Origin: Eledone cirrhosa
Taxonomy: Eukaryota
Assembly: GCA_964016885.1 (NCBI GenBank)
Contig: OZ024756.1
Span: 27,962,001-28,026,000, forward strand
Direction of reading: 5' to 3'
Length of the DNA stretch: 64,000 nucleotides
The notes below the pieces were generated by a model, which saw nothing but the letters and a program-made list of their open reading frames with translations, did not search any database and was not told the origin of the DNA. Below are positions 11,665-26,604 of this stretch, piece by piece. Positions within the stretch are counted from its first letter, which is position 1. Every line of letters begins with the position of its first letter. Position numbers and translations under genes: made by a program.

Positions 11665-11724
11665 TATTTTATCTGAAGAAATCATACTATAATTTAGTAT
11701 CCTTGAAATATGTATAATAAAATA
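11665..11724 (+). ncRNA. Type I hammerhead ribozyme (family A variant)
   Basis: UAUUUUAU-CUGAAGA-AA..AUACUA[UAAUU]UAGUAU..UU-GAAA-UAUGUAUA|AUAAAAUA. Confidence 0.7.
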
Positions 11725-12061
11725 AATATGTTGTTATAAAGATATTTTCCATTTATTAATATTATTAATATATATATACATTATATATATATATATATAT
11801 ATATACATATATATAACAAAAATAAAAAATGCTGATGTTACATAAATCGTTTAATTATTATAATTATTTCAACGGTTTTCCCATGCAATCAAGAAGTCTT
11901 TCATGCATTTGTTGGTGTTATAAGAACGGTATCTTCAGATGAAATCCGATCTAGTAATATGCTTCCGTCAGGAAAAAACACACGTCCTTCTGCTCGTGTG
12001 CCCAGCAGACATATGAGTTCCTGAAAGGGACTCCCAGCCTTTTATATATATATATATACGT

Positions 12062-12151
<90 letters not shown>

Positions 12152-12153
12152 CC

Positions 12154-12285
<132 letters not shown>

Positions 12286-12329
12286 ATCAATAATATAAAT
12301 AAATGGAAATATCTTTATAAAACCATATT

Positions 12330-12390
12330 TATTTTATTATATATATTTCAAGGGTACCAGTATTTTGGTACGCTTTCGTCAGATAAAATA
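12330..12390 (-). ncRNA. Type I hammerhead ribozyme (family A variant) in an inverted pLTR
   Basis: Reverse complement: UAUUUUAU-CUGACGA-AAG.CG.UACCA[AAAUAC]UGGUA.CC.CUU-GAAA-UAUAUAUA|AUAAAAUA. Confidence 0.8.
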
Positions 12391-12410
12391 CAAAATTTGG
12401 TTAAAAGATG

Positions 12411-12513
12411 ATTGTTTCTACCTTTGGCACAAGGCCAGCAATTACCCAGTACATTACTGGTACTTTATTTTATCGATCCCGTAAGGATAAAAGGCAAAGT
12501 GAACCTCAGCGGG
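12411..12513 (-). mobile_element. 5'-truncated SINE
   Basis: Nin-like core and tail inserted into the pLTR. Confidence 0.8.
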
Positions 12514-12789
12514 ATGACATCCATATATGAACTTAATGTTATGAGTTCACTGCGGATAGGGAATCTGTTACCTGAGCTGAATCAGACGAATCCATTGTGA
12601 TACGAAATTGTTCTCTCTATCAGCCCTAGTCCAGAGATTATTGTTACATTCAATAAAAGTTTTACGTGCAGTTAAAATAATGTTTATTTCTTCGCTAGAT
12701 AAGTCAGTGTGTTTCGATGCGTAAACTAGTGTTTTATTAAGTAGATTAGGAGTTATTGAAAAACACACTGACTTATCTATAAGAAATAA

Positions 12790-12896
12790 ACCCCGCCGAG
12801 GTTGACTTTGCCTTTCATCCTTACGGGGTCGATAAAATAAAGTACCAGTAATGCACTGGGTAATTGCTGGCCTTGTGCCTAAAGTAGAAACAATTA
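12790..12896 (+). mobile_element. 5'-truncated SINE
   Basis: CCCCGCCGAGGTTGACTTTGCCTTTCATCC...GTAGAAACAATTATT, inserted in the PLE RT region. Confidence 0.85.
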
Positions 12897-15422
12897 TTTT
12901 AACTGCACTATTGTCTGATTCAGCTCAAGTAACAGATTTGGTTGGAATATTCATTCTTAATGCATTACATAGGAAACTGCCGGAGATTGCCAGAGGTTTA
13001 TATCGCGATGATGAGTTGTTTATAGTTGATAAACATAACAATAGTGAATTTAGCAGAAAAAAGAAAATTATCATAGAATTTTTTAATAATTATAACGTTA
13101 AATTAGAAATAGAAAATGATAATAAAATTGTTAATTATTTAGACGCTACATTAAACCTTAACTCAGGCCTGTATTACCCCTTCCATAAGATTAATGAAAA
13201 CCTAAACTACGTCAGCTTCTACTCTAACCACCCTAGAAATGTTTAAAAAAAGCTATAGTCAATAGTGTCCAACAAAGAATATCTAGAATTTCAGCTAATA
13301 AAAATATATTTGATAACAAAGCGGAATATTACAACGACGCTCTACACAGAGCCGGATACAATAATAAAATTAATTACATAGATAAGAATAGCATACACCA
13401 ACATCCTAAAATTTACTATAATACTAATAATAAACAAATTAACCAAAATAATAAATCAAACAAAAAATCTAGAACTAGAAATATAATTTGGTATTCTCCT
13501 CCAATTTCTTTAGGAATTAAGACACCTTTAGAACACCAATTTTTTAAGGCTTTAGATAAATGTTTTCCTAAATCCCATAAATATCACTCTATTTTTAACA
13601 GACATACAATCAAACTCTCTTACTTTACTACTATGAATATAACACAAAATATTAATAGAATTAATAATAGGAATTTAAAATTAAACCCAACCAAATAAAC
13701 CCTAATAGCAATAACAATATTACTAATAACATTACATATGATAATAATAATAACCATACCGTTTCTCTAAACAACAACTCTAGAAAATGTAATTGCAGAA
13801 ATAAAATATCATGGCCTTTACAAATAATTGCCTAGATACAAATTTAGTATACAAATGCACCATAAAGACTAGAGATAGATTATATAATTATATAGGAGCT
13901 ACTTCTACAAAATTTAAGGACCGCTGGTATAATCATAAACATACGTTCAAACGATCGGACAAAAAATTCTCAACCTCACTATCACAATTAATTTGGTCTT
14001 TAAAAGACAATAGTACTAACTATTCGATCTCTTGGCGAAGGATATCGAAAGCGCCTGTTTACCAAAATATGGCTCTCTCAAGAATTTGTCATCTCTGTAT
14101 TGAAGAAATCTTTCATATAATTACCAATCCTAGTAATATCATAAACAAAATAGGAGATATTTAATTCTTGTTTGCATCGATTTTCCAGAACATTTAAAAA
14201 TATTTACAATTTATAGAAAATACTGTACATGGCCTGTATAAGTTTTAATGTTTTTAAAGGTGTTTTTAAAGGTTCTGAAAGGATTTTCTAAAAGTTTTTA
14301 TAAGTTTTTTTTTAATTTATACATACAAATACTTAATATTATCTCATTTATACATAGATATACTTATTGTTATCAAAATCTATACATAGAAAGTTTTATG
14401 TTTTTATTAATATCTTTAACATATTTACTATATGGTGTTCCGAAATCATATATAATTTTTACTTATATTGTAATTATAATATAAATTGTAATTAATTATT
14501 AGGTTAAACATTAGATCAAACTATATATCTTTAAAGAGTTTAAATTAATAAACATTAGAGTTATCTTTTCCTTTGATAAAACCTTGTTTACATTTCACCT
14601 ATACGAGACATTCAAACTTTACATAAATGTTTAAATGTTTAAATTTATATTTCTAACCTTATACAATAATAGATTATACATAATATTATACATCTTCTCT
14701 ATAAAAATATAATTATTTTCACATTCCTAAGCTATATATAGAAAATGCATAAATATCTTCGCTCGGCATATCCTAACTGTTTTCATAAGTAAACAAAATC
14801 TATATTCACGCGTAACTATTTATGTACTAAATAAATGTTTTAATAACGTTATACAATTAATCTCTTATACTAGAATACACTATATTCATAACTGCACTCA
14901 TCATAATATTGAAACATACCCGTAAAATACATCCAATAGTATATATAGATATAGAGAATCTTTCACATATTAAATTAATAGTTCTCATTTTAATACATTA
15001 ATTTATAGCTCTCACCTTAATATTATAAATACTTCCACATTATAAAATTAAATAAATAAAAATAAATATAATTATTTCATTCTTTCTATACCCATGTAAA
15101 TATGTTTGGATGTATATAAGCATATTTCTATAAATATTCCGAAAGTAACTTTAAATAAATTTTCCTTAATTTTAATAGCAAACCTCTTTTTTAAAAACAA
15201 TTTAGATAATTATTTAAAATATATCTAGCGTCTAAACTTAACGATCCTTTTCCGTTTTTACGTTATCCTCATTAGCATATTTATCCTGAGTTTTGAATAT
15301 TTATTCACTATCCGCAGTGAACTCATAACATTAAGTTTATATGCGGATATGTCATTATCTTTCAACCAAATATTGTATTTCATCTGACGAAAGCGTGCCA
15401 AAATACTGGTACCTTTGCAATA

Positions 15423-15766
15423 TTTATATTACTAAACCAGAGAATGTCTGTTTGTCTGTCTGTCTGTCCAATCACTAAAATTCGAGAACCACCCAACCGA
15501 GTTTTTTCAAACTTTACACATGTAATACTTATGGTCCCATCAGTGTTTTGAGCAAAAACAATTTAAAATTTTCAATGCCCTAGCGACCGCATTAGGCGAT
15601 TTAGCGATCCCTCTCTATAATTCTTAGTCTTTCTCTTTTTAGATAGATACATAGATATAACGTAGCGCCCTTATAATTGTTTCTACTTTTGGTATAAGGC
15701 CAGCAATTATCCCAGTACAATATATGTCTGTATGCCTGGCTGTCTGCATTGCCTCATTATGACGCG

Positions 15767-15801
<35 letters not shown>

Positions 15802-15937
15802 GTGTGTGTGTATATATATAGTGTGTAAAATTTTTCGAAATATTTTCTTCTGCGTTCACAGATCTATTATTTTAGTTTCAGAAGATCCCGTTAAGGGTTA
15901 AAGCAGCGATTCTTTGCTTAAACTTTAATCTGTTATT

Positions 15938-15986
<49 letters not shown>

Positions 15987-16707
15987 GTGGAACACTGGAA
16001 GGTAATATCCGTTCCGTAATGGTAGAGCACTCAGTCCAAGGGACGAGTTGGGTAGAAGTGGTTACACAACAGTTAGTTCACCATACCGAGAACAATTCTT
16101 TCATCTTCGCGTATCTTCAGCTCGGAATGGGCATGGTTATAGGAACAGGAAGGACAACCGTACGAACGCGCATGCGCAGAAACCCGGTCTCTTCACACAG
16201 GCAATACTAGACTGCTTTCGAGAGGTGTAAGGGAGATAACTGCGAAAGTCCGAAAAGTTTTTAGGTTGAAAATAAAATTACAAAGAATCAGTTCGGAGGC
16301 TTGTAGTTATGCAATAGGTTTTTGGCGACGTGTGGACAACGTGTGAAAAATTCACTTCTCGTGTTTAGGCAATCACTATTGCGTAATCTGTTTAGAATAG
16401 TTATTCGTTCGTCAATACATAAGCCACGCGTCGGATTTCCCCTTGCGTATGGCTTGGACTTAGTGATGACTTTCCATTGAATAGAGTAGTCTATACTTGA
16501 GTCCTTGAGGCACCATACGTGGCTCGCGAGTTTCGTGGGTGAACGTCTGTCCGGGTATCTGAAGGTAGACTGGTGGTTCAGGAAACGTTCCTTGAATCGG
16601 ACCTCCGCCATGCCCACATTGGATTTGACCTCCTGTGGTTCGTTTGGTCGGTTGGAAGTGACCACAGCTTCATAGATTACAGCTGGTGTGTTGCATTGCT
16701 GTTAAAG

Positions 16708-16806
<99 letters not shown>

Positions 16807-17197
16807 GTGTACAGATATTTTTACATCAACAATTTCACGAGGCTGGACAAGGATAAATATATATCATTTTTGCATACACAATAACAAAATATAAACAAAA
16901 GTATTTATTTCGCGATAAAGTATTGATTTTCTTCGCACGGAAAAAAACCCTGGTAATCTAAGACGAATTTTTTTTATAAGCACAAAATGTAGAGACCATC
17001 CCGAGGCCGAGGGAGTCCGTACTTCTCTGAAATGTTATATATATATAATTATATATTCGTGTACAGATATTTTTGCATACACAATAACAAAATATAAACA
17101 AAGGTATTTATTTCACGAGGCTCGATAAAGATAAATATATATCAAATATATAAGAACCCTAGAGCAAATCCCGAGCAACGTCGGGCCATTCTGCTAG
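15423..17197 (+). mobile_element. Non-autonomous Helitron inserted into the PLE hammerhead, carrying later insertions
   Basis: A|TT 5' end with (GTCT)n, hairpin CCCGA-GCAACG-TCGGG and CTAG|T at 17194-17198. Contains a SINE tail (~15675-15722) and a PLE fragment (15983-16710). Confidence 0.8.
15983..16710 (-). mobile_element. 3' fragment of a third Naiad-type PLE (GIY-YIG + pLTR) inserted in (TA)n
   Basis: [19 protein letters not shown]...TKLASHVW...LNTRSEFFTRCPH. Degenerate hammerhead at 16086-16125 (family E). Confidence 0.85.
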
Positions 17198-17374
17198 TAT
17201 ATAATAAAATAAATATGGTTTTATAAAGATATTTCCATTTATAAATATTATTGATATTATACTCCAGAAGAAACACTGTTGAGTGCTTCTAATCTGTTAT
17301 AAATTAACTTTGTTGAACAACCAATAAAAGAAATAGTTACATATATATATATATATACACGTATATATATACAA

Positions 17375-18765
17375 CTACAACAACAACAACACCAACAGCA
17401 GCAGCACCAACACCAACAACAGCAACACCATCACCAACAACAACACAACCACTACCAACAACAACAACACCAACAACAGAAACAACACAACACCAACACC
17501 ACCACCACCATCACCACCAACAATAACAACAACAACATCACCAACACCAACACCAACAACAGCAATACCACCACCAACAACAACACCAACGACAGCAACA
17601 TCACCACCATCAACAACAAAAACAACACCACCACCAACAACAACAACACCAACACTAACAACAGCAAACCACCACCACGAACACCAACACCAACAACAAC
17701 AACAACAACACCAACACAAACAACAACAGCAACAACAGCAACAGCACCACCAACAACACCACCAACAACACCACCAACAACAACACCACCACCAACACCA
17801 CTACCAACACCACCACTACCACCACCAACAACAACACCAACAACAGCAACAACAACAACACCACCACCAACACCACTACCAACACCACCACTACCACCAC
17901 CAACAACAACACCAACAACAGCAACAACAACAACACCAACACCAACAACACCACCAACACCAACAACAACAACACCAACAACACCAACAGCAGCACCACC
18001 AACAACAACAACAACCCCAACAACAACAGCAGCACCACCAACAACAACAACAACAACACCAACACCACCAACACCAACAACAACAACAATACCAACAACA
18101 ACAACAGCAGCACCACCAACAACAACAACAACATCAACACCAACAACAACAACAACAACAACAAGACCAAGAACAACACCAACAACAACACCAACAACAA
18201 CACCACCACCACCAACAACAACAACAACAGCAACAGCAACACCAACACCAACAACAGAAACACCACCACCACCACCACCAATACCAATAACAACAACACC
18301 AACAACAACACCACCACCACCACTAGCAACAACAACAACAACAACAACAGCAACACCAATACCAACACCAACAACAGCAACACCACCACCAATACCAATA
18401 ACAACAACACCAACAACAACACCACCACCACCACCAACAACAACAACACCAACAACAACACCACCACCACCAACAACAACAATACCAACACCAACACCAC
18501 CAACAACAACAACAACACCAACAACAACACCACCACCAACAACAACAACAACACCAACACCAACAACAACAACAACAACACCAACACCACCACCAATACC
18601 AACAACAACAACAACAACACCAACAACAACACTACCACCACCACCAACACCAACAACAACAACACCAACACCAACACCACCAGCAACAACAACAACAACA
18701 ACACCAACACCAACAACAACACTAGCAGCAACAACAACAGCAGCACCAACACCAACAACAACAAA
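17375..18765. repeat. 1.4-kb mosaic trinucleotide array (CAA/CAC/CAG)
   Basis: Continuous CAN-period repeat, which explains the poly-L/V ORFs. Confidence 0.95.
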
Positions 18766-18904
18766 ATGTTAAATCTGCATGTTTCTAGTTTATGCAAACG
18801 TCACAAAATCTAAACTATAATAAAAGAACGTCTGCAGTCCTGCGTACAGTTTTTTGGTTTTTTTTTTATCCCGTTATTAAAATAAGTTGGATTACTTTGA
18901 ATAA

Positions 18905-19016
18905 ATAATTATTTCTCTTTTGGCACAAGGCCGATAATTATCCCAGTGCATTACTGGTACTTTATTTTATCGACCTCGTAAGGATGAAAGGCAAAGTTAA
19001 CCACGGCGGGATTTGA
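18905..19016 (-). mobile_element. Truncated SINE
   Basis: Nin-like core and B box on the minus strand. Confidence 0.8.
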
Positions 19017-19374
19017 ATGAATATTACATAATTTATCTACTAAATTTCGTAAACAAAAATAATTTCGTAAAAATAAATAATTTAAAATTGACTTCTTTTC
19101 AAAGTTACACTTCCGGTATATCGTTGCCACCACCACCACTACTACAACTACCATATATATAGAAAGAGGGAGTGTGTGATGTCAACACTTCCGGTGGCGA
19201 TCACTTGAATAAACATACTAATTTTCTCCTAATGCAGTTTATATATAATATCGTCATTTTTAAATGTATCATGGATTACGTTACTGATTACAAAAGACAG
19301 TGTAACAACGTCTTCGTTCAATTTCTTTTTGTATTGGCAATTACGATTTTATTTGATGTATTATATCTACATGT

Positions 19375-19630
19375 CAGCTCAAAAGTGACACAGAGGAGAC
19401 TGAGGTTAGCTGGACATGCTCACCGACATCCAGAGTTGACATTGCACTCAGTGCTCCGGTGCCCCTACATGGACACACTGGAAGAGGAAGACTAAAGTTA
19501 ACGTATGTTGATGCCCTAAGGACAGACACTAGTCTGTTGGAGACGCAGGACATGGCAGCGATATTGAGGGACAGAGACCGCTGGAGAGAACTCGTCCATG
19601 GATCTCGGGAATTTTACCCGCACAAGAAAA
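19375..19630 (+). mobile_element. 3' end of an RTE-clade LINE, frameshifted
   Basis: KVTQRRLRLAGHAHRH...GRGRLKLTYVDALRTDT...RDRDRWRELV. Partly duplicated at 22027-22210. Confidence 0.7.
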
Positions 19631-19811
19631 GAGAAAAATATCTACATGTATATATACTTGCGTATAATATCAATATACACACTACAAACGTTAGCAGAAA
19701 ACCACCCAAAGGGTGGTTTTTATGCTAGTTCTTCTAATAAATATGAAAATATAGGTCGATTTATATCTAGTTTCATTATATCTAATTTCCATTTGTCAGC
19801 ATTTTCATACA

Positions 19812-19954
<143 letters not shown>

Positions 19955-20374
19955 CTGTATATATATATATATATATACATCCACACACTTATATTAACAT
20001 ACTTCTGCTCATAGCTTCGTACTTACATGCACACACACTCATTTACTCGCATATACACACACATTTCTTCTTAGCTTCGTACGGACGTATCATAACCCCC
20101 CCCCACACACACACACACGTACACACACACACACACACAAACACATGCTTACGCACGTGCTCAAGTATAGCTCTTTTTACAAAACGGTTTTTTTCCATTT
20201 CAGATAGACGCGCTCCATCATCCACTTTTCTAAAAAAATAAATCATACACAAAACGCCAGCACCAACAGTTTTGCAAGAGATGTCAACACGAATGGACCT
20301 GTTATTTTTACCTAAAGACATTTTATCCAATTCCAACCCGCCCGTCCCCTCAATCTATCTTATTTCTCATTCTT

Positions 20375-20410
20375 TCTTCTGATGAAGGACTAGCCTCCGA
20401 AACGTTAAGA
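20375..20410 (+). ncRNA. Minimal type I hammerhead ribozyme (family F)
   Basis: UCUU-CUGAUGA-A.GGA-CUAGCC-UCC-GAAA-CGUU|AAGA. The palindromic AACGUU stem III is the dimer-type arrangement known from PLE hammerheads. Confidence 0.8.
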
Positions 20411-20977
20411 CCCACTCCCTGCGATATCAAGCGTTAACCTAATATATCCCTTCCATATATTGTACCGATTGTGTTGTTATTTCTGTTAGCATTTTACATA
20501 TATATATATAAATGGAATAGAATGAAACGAAATTTCATTTCTCATTCTTAGTACGGCACTTACTTAATGAAATTTCGTTTCATTCTATTCCATTTATCGT
20601 TTTCGGTGTGCCCGAACGACTGAACTCACTCGATATGCAAATTAGGCTGCTCAGCCGTTAATATGCATAAGGAAAGTATATACTTTCAGACGTTCAACCA
20701 TCTGGCAGGAAGGTATACGATGCTGACGATAGCTAATAAGTTTGAAACTAGTACATCGTTCCTGTGTCAGTGTTCAACAAAAAGGTGACGTGGTTGCCTA
20801 AACACTGTACGGCGTAATTCGGGCTGTTTGTTTGTTTACAAACAAACAAACCGAGCATTATAATAAATGTTCGGTAAACCGATACGTGCATATATATATG
20901 TGTGCATGTATGTATATATATACATACTACTGTACGTCTGTATACATATATGTATGTACGTATACATACATACATAT

Positions 20978-21068
<91 letters not shown>

Positions 21069-21143
21069 TACATATACGCACACACATACATATATATATA
21101 TATATGCATGTATGTATATACTTATATACACACACACACACAC

Positions 21144-21218
<75 letters not shown>

Positions 21219-21349
21219 AGCATATATATACATATATACATATATAAAAAAAGAATATTTCGCTCTACATGGCTGAATACAATAAATGTAATCTGAGTTT
21301 TTCGAATATTAATAATTGTTTCTACTTTTGGCACAAGGCCAGCAATTAC

Positions 21350-21857
21350 CAGCAAACAACAGCAACACCACCACCACCACAAACAGCAACAACAACAACA
21401 ACACCAACACAACAACAACAACAACACCAACAACACCAACAACGACACCAATAACAACAACAACACCACCAACACCAACACCACCAACACCAACACCACC
21501 AACACCACCACCACCACCACCAACAACACCAACAACACCACCAACACCAACAACAACAACACCACCACCACCACCACCACCACCACTACCACCACCAACA
21601 ACAACAACAACTCCACCACCACCAACACCACCGCCACCAACAACAACAACAACAATAACTCCACCACCACCACCACCACCACCACCACCACCACCACCAC
21701 CACCACCGTCACCAACAACAGCAACACAGCCACCACCACCACCAACAACACCAACACCACCACCACCAACACCAACAACACCACCAACACCAACAACAAC
21801 AACACCACCACCAGCACCACCACCGACAACAACAACAACAACACCACCACCACCACC

Positions 21858-21889
<32 letters not shown>

Positions 21890-22412
21890 CAACAACTCCA
21901 CCACCACCAACACCAACAGCAACACCAACAGCAACAAAAGAAACACCACCACCACCACCACCACCACCACCGTCACCAACAACAGCAACACAGCCACCAC
22001 CAACAACAACAACACCAACACCACCAGCACTGGTCTGTTGGAGACGCAGGACATGGCAGCGATATTGAGGGACAGAGCCCGCTGGAGAGAACTCCTCCAT
22101 GGATCTCAGGAATTTTACCCGCGCTAGAAAAGAGAAAAATATCTACATGTATATATACTTGCGTATAATATCAATATACACACTACAAACGTTAGCAGAA
22201 AACCACCCGAAGTGGTGGTGGTGGTGGTGGTGGTGGTGGGGGTGGTGGTGGTGTTGTTGTTGGTGGTGGTGGTGTTGTTGTTGGTGGTGGTGGTGGTGGT
22301 AATGGTGGTGGTAATGGTGGTGGTGGTGTTGTTGTTGGTGGTGGTGGTGGTGGTAATGGTGTTGTTGGTGGTGGTGGTAATGGTGTTGTTGTTGTTGGTG
22401 GTGGTGGTGGTA
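21350..22412. repeat. (CAA/CAC)n array followed by an inverted (GGT/GTT)n array
   Basis: Low-complexity trinucleotide tracts at 21350-22026 and 22212-22412 surrounding a duplicate of 19526-19714. Confidence 0.9.
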
Positions 22413-22491
22413 ATGTGCATGTATGTATATATATACATACTACTGTACGCCTGTATACATATATGTATGTACGTATACATACATACATACT

Positions 22492-22653
<162 letters not shown>

Positions 22654-22767
22654 TACATATACGTACACACATACATATATATATATGCATGTATGTATGT
22701 ATATGTATATATATATGTATGTATATGTATATACTTATATATATATATACACACGCGCGCACACACA

Positions 22768-22848
<81 letters not shown>

Positions 22849-22922
22849 ATATAATGAAAAATTTGAACAGGGACAGAACAGAGAGGCAGTACAATAAATG
22901 TTTATTAATATATATATATACT

Positions 22923-23018
<96 letters not shown>

Positions 23019-23098
23019 ACATATACGCACACACATACATATATATATATATGCATGTATGTATATGTATATACTTATATATACACACACACACACAC

Positions 23099-23175
<77 letters not shown>

Positions 23176-23208
23176 CATATATATACATATATACATATAT
23201 AAAAAAAG

Positions 23209-23408
23209 NNNNNNNNNNNNNNNNNNNNNNNNNNNNNNNNNNNNNNNNNNNNNNNNNNNNNNNNNNNNNNNNNNNNNNNNNNNNNNNNNNNNNNNNNNNN
23301 NNNNNNNNNNNNNNNNNNNNNNNNNNNNNNNNNNNNNNNNNNNNNNNNNNNNNNNNNNNNNNNNNNNNNNNNNNNNNNNNNNNNNNNNNNNNNNNNNNNN
23401 NNNNNNNN
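23209..23408. other. Assembly gap (200 N)
   Basis: Run of N. Confidence 1.
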
Positions 23409-23961
23409 CACTATCAATTAATGCCAGCATTGTGTTCTAGTATGTGTGATGGAGAAGGTGGAGGTTACTAAGTACTAACAGGAATAATGCCGTCTTTAGA
23501 AACACCAGTCATTAATTAAAAATAAAGGATTCTCTACCACATATGTTGTAGTCTATTAAACTGTGCTATTGGACATTGGTCCAAAACCAACCTAGCGTGA
23601 CGGTAGATAGTTAAAAGGTAAAAATATCATAAACAGGAACAGACCTATGTAAATTATATAATATAAGATAAAAGGAATAAATAACAAGAATAAAATAATA
23701 AGAGGTATAAATAATATACAAACATATAAAAAATATAAAGTTCATAAGGTTGCGAGAATAATGAGAATTATATGATTAAAAAACCTTTAAAGTTAATAAA
23801 GCTTACAAAAATTTAAAACATTATCTCCTGAATTAGCCATAAATAAATTAATAAAGTAAATTAGGAAGAATATAACAAAGGCGGTAATATTTAATTCTGA
23901 TGGCCAAGATTCACTAAAGTTCATTATTAGATAATAAAGGGTTGGCAATGCTATTTCATGA

Positions 23962-24011
<50 letters not shown>

Positions 24012-24631
24012 GTGTTTGCATTGGGAATGAAATTGTTGTAATGCTTTTATCGTCCGACGTAGCAGTCTATCTTATCCCTGCAAAGAGGAAAGACAATAAG
24101 TTATTGGTGACCGAGTATGTTCAGAAAATAGAAAGAGGGTTAAGTTGAAAAGTTAATCAATAGCAAGTACTCAAGGTATAGAACCAAAATTTGTTTGAAC
24201 GGTGTGTTAATCAGAAGACAACCCTGGATCGGTCTATGGATTAACGCACTTCCCTAATGGTCACGATACCAATGATATGAATATATATTTTTTCATTTTT
24301 CTTTTTTTTTCTCTTCACTTCTTAAACCTTGTTTGTAAATAACATTCTTTCTGCACCTTCTGTTTAACATGTGCGACACCACACTAATACATTTCACTAC
24401 ATTTGATAATGCATATAAATGCTGAACCGGTAATAGGCAATAATTAAATATATAAATAGATAAATAAATGCCATTGTTAAATAATAAATAAATCAACTAA
24501 TACCTTAACACTTCACACAAATTCAAACATTTCGTTTTAATCATTTCTAACCCAGAAAAAAGAGAGAGAGAAACAAAAAAAGAAAAAATATCTTTTTCTT
24601 CCTCATAATCGGTCTCTTTTCTCACCCTGTT

Positions 24632-24690
<59 letters not shown>

Positions 24691-25177
24691 ATATATATAA
24701 ATTTATATATATATATATTTATTAAAATAACAGATTAAAGTTTAAGCAAAGAATCGCATGCTTTCCCCTTAACGGGATCTCTGAAACTAACCATCAGCGA
24801 CTCTTTGCTTAAAGTTTAATCTGTATTTTAATAAATATTTGCTCTACGGTTCTTATATATGTTATATATATTTATCCTTATCGAGCCCTCTTTGGATTTT
24901 AGTCTTCAAATTTATTATATTACTATATATATATATATATTATATATATATATATATAATATATATATATATTATATATAAAGGTAAAACACTGGAGGTA
25001 ATATACGTTGTGTTAGAGGCATGGGATGCGTCTGGTAGAAGTAGTAACACAACAGTTAGTTCACCATACTGAGAACAATTGTTTCACTTATGTGGTTCTT
25101 CAGCTCGGAGTGGAGACCAGTCCGAGCTGGAAATCCGCATAAGGTGAAACAACTGTATATATATCAATATATATATT

Positions 25178-25226
<49 letters not shown>

Positions 25227-25530
25227 TTTCTTAATAAGAAACACACGCACCAGTTGCTTCACTTCAATTTATTATAATAAATTTATAAATTTAGGAATTT
25301 ATAAATTTCCGGTTGTTGGTTCCGTTCCACAACCAGATGGTTGTTTATATATTGTCAAGTTCTTTCGTCACACATTCTGTGACCTCTTCAGTGACAGGGA
25401 ATTCTTTTCTTTGTTTTTGTGCCTCTCCTTTGTTCTGTCCTACGCCATCTTGGAATGAATGTATATACACATATTTTTGTATATATGTGGGTATATATAT
25501 AAATATAGGTGTATATGTATATATATATTT

Positions 25531-25572
<42 letters not shown>

Positions 25573-25578
25573 GTATAT

Positions 25579-25704
<126 letters not shown>

Positions 25705-26109
25705 ATTAAATAAATGGAAAACTATATTTATAAAACCATATTTATTTCATTATATATATTTCGGGGATATCATATTAACAATATGAAATAATATAATGAA
25801 ATAAATATAATGAAATAAATATGGTTTTATAAATATAGTTTTCCATTTATTTAATATTGTAAATATACTCCAAGTATTTGTCGAGTGCTTTTATATCAGT
25901 TATAAATATTTACTAGTTGTAACCCAACAATTTTAAATATAACTTTACATATATATATATATATATATTTATACATGTAAATGTACGTGTATATAAATAT
26001 ATATGTATATGTTTGTGTCTATATGTATACATAATATATATATATTTATATATATATACATATATATATATATACATATATTTACATATATATACATAAA
26101 TATATATAA

Positions 26110-26218
<109 letters not shown>

Positions 26219-26220
26219 GA

Positions 26221-26271
<51 letters not shown>

Positions 26272-26452
26272 AAACAACAATTTGTTATGTCTTATTGTTT
26301 GGTGACGCGCGTTTCGCTATTGATCAGCTCAAGGTCCAGCCTGCATCCATCTGGCCCGTCTCCGGAATCAAAAGCTCGTCGTCGGACTTCTGCTCTGGTA
26401 ATGAGAAAATGAACACGTAGGGTGAACCTACAGTAACTGCACATTACAATCC

Positions 26453-26604
<152 letters not shown>

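Larger units (their letters stand above)
12290..17340 (+). mobile_element. Second Naiad-type Penelope element, 5'-truncated with inverted 5' segment, interrupted by SINEs and a Helitron
   Basis: Inverted pLTR and RT piece at 12290-12790. RT 12897-13250 (DSAQVTD, GLYRDD, YLDATLNL). GIY-YIG 13790-14190 (YNYIGAT, FKDRWYNH, CHLC). The pLTR is split into ~15300-15422 and 17198-17340. Confidence 0.85.

Noticed and set aside
17655-18797. 380-aa poly-Leu/Val membrane protein
   Set aside because: Reverse frame of the CAA/CAC array, with no complexity or splice signals.
21316-22068. Pro/Thr-rich mucin- or extensin-like 250-aa ORF with an apparent signal peptide
   Set aside because: The N-terminus is a SINE tail, the body is a trinucleotide array and the end is a LINE duplicate. 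It lies next to the gap with duplicated flanks.
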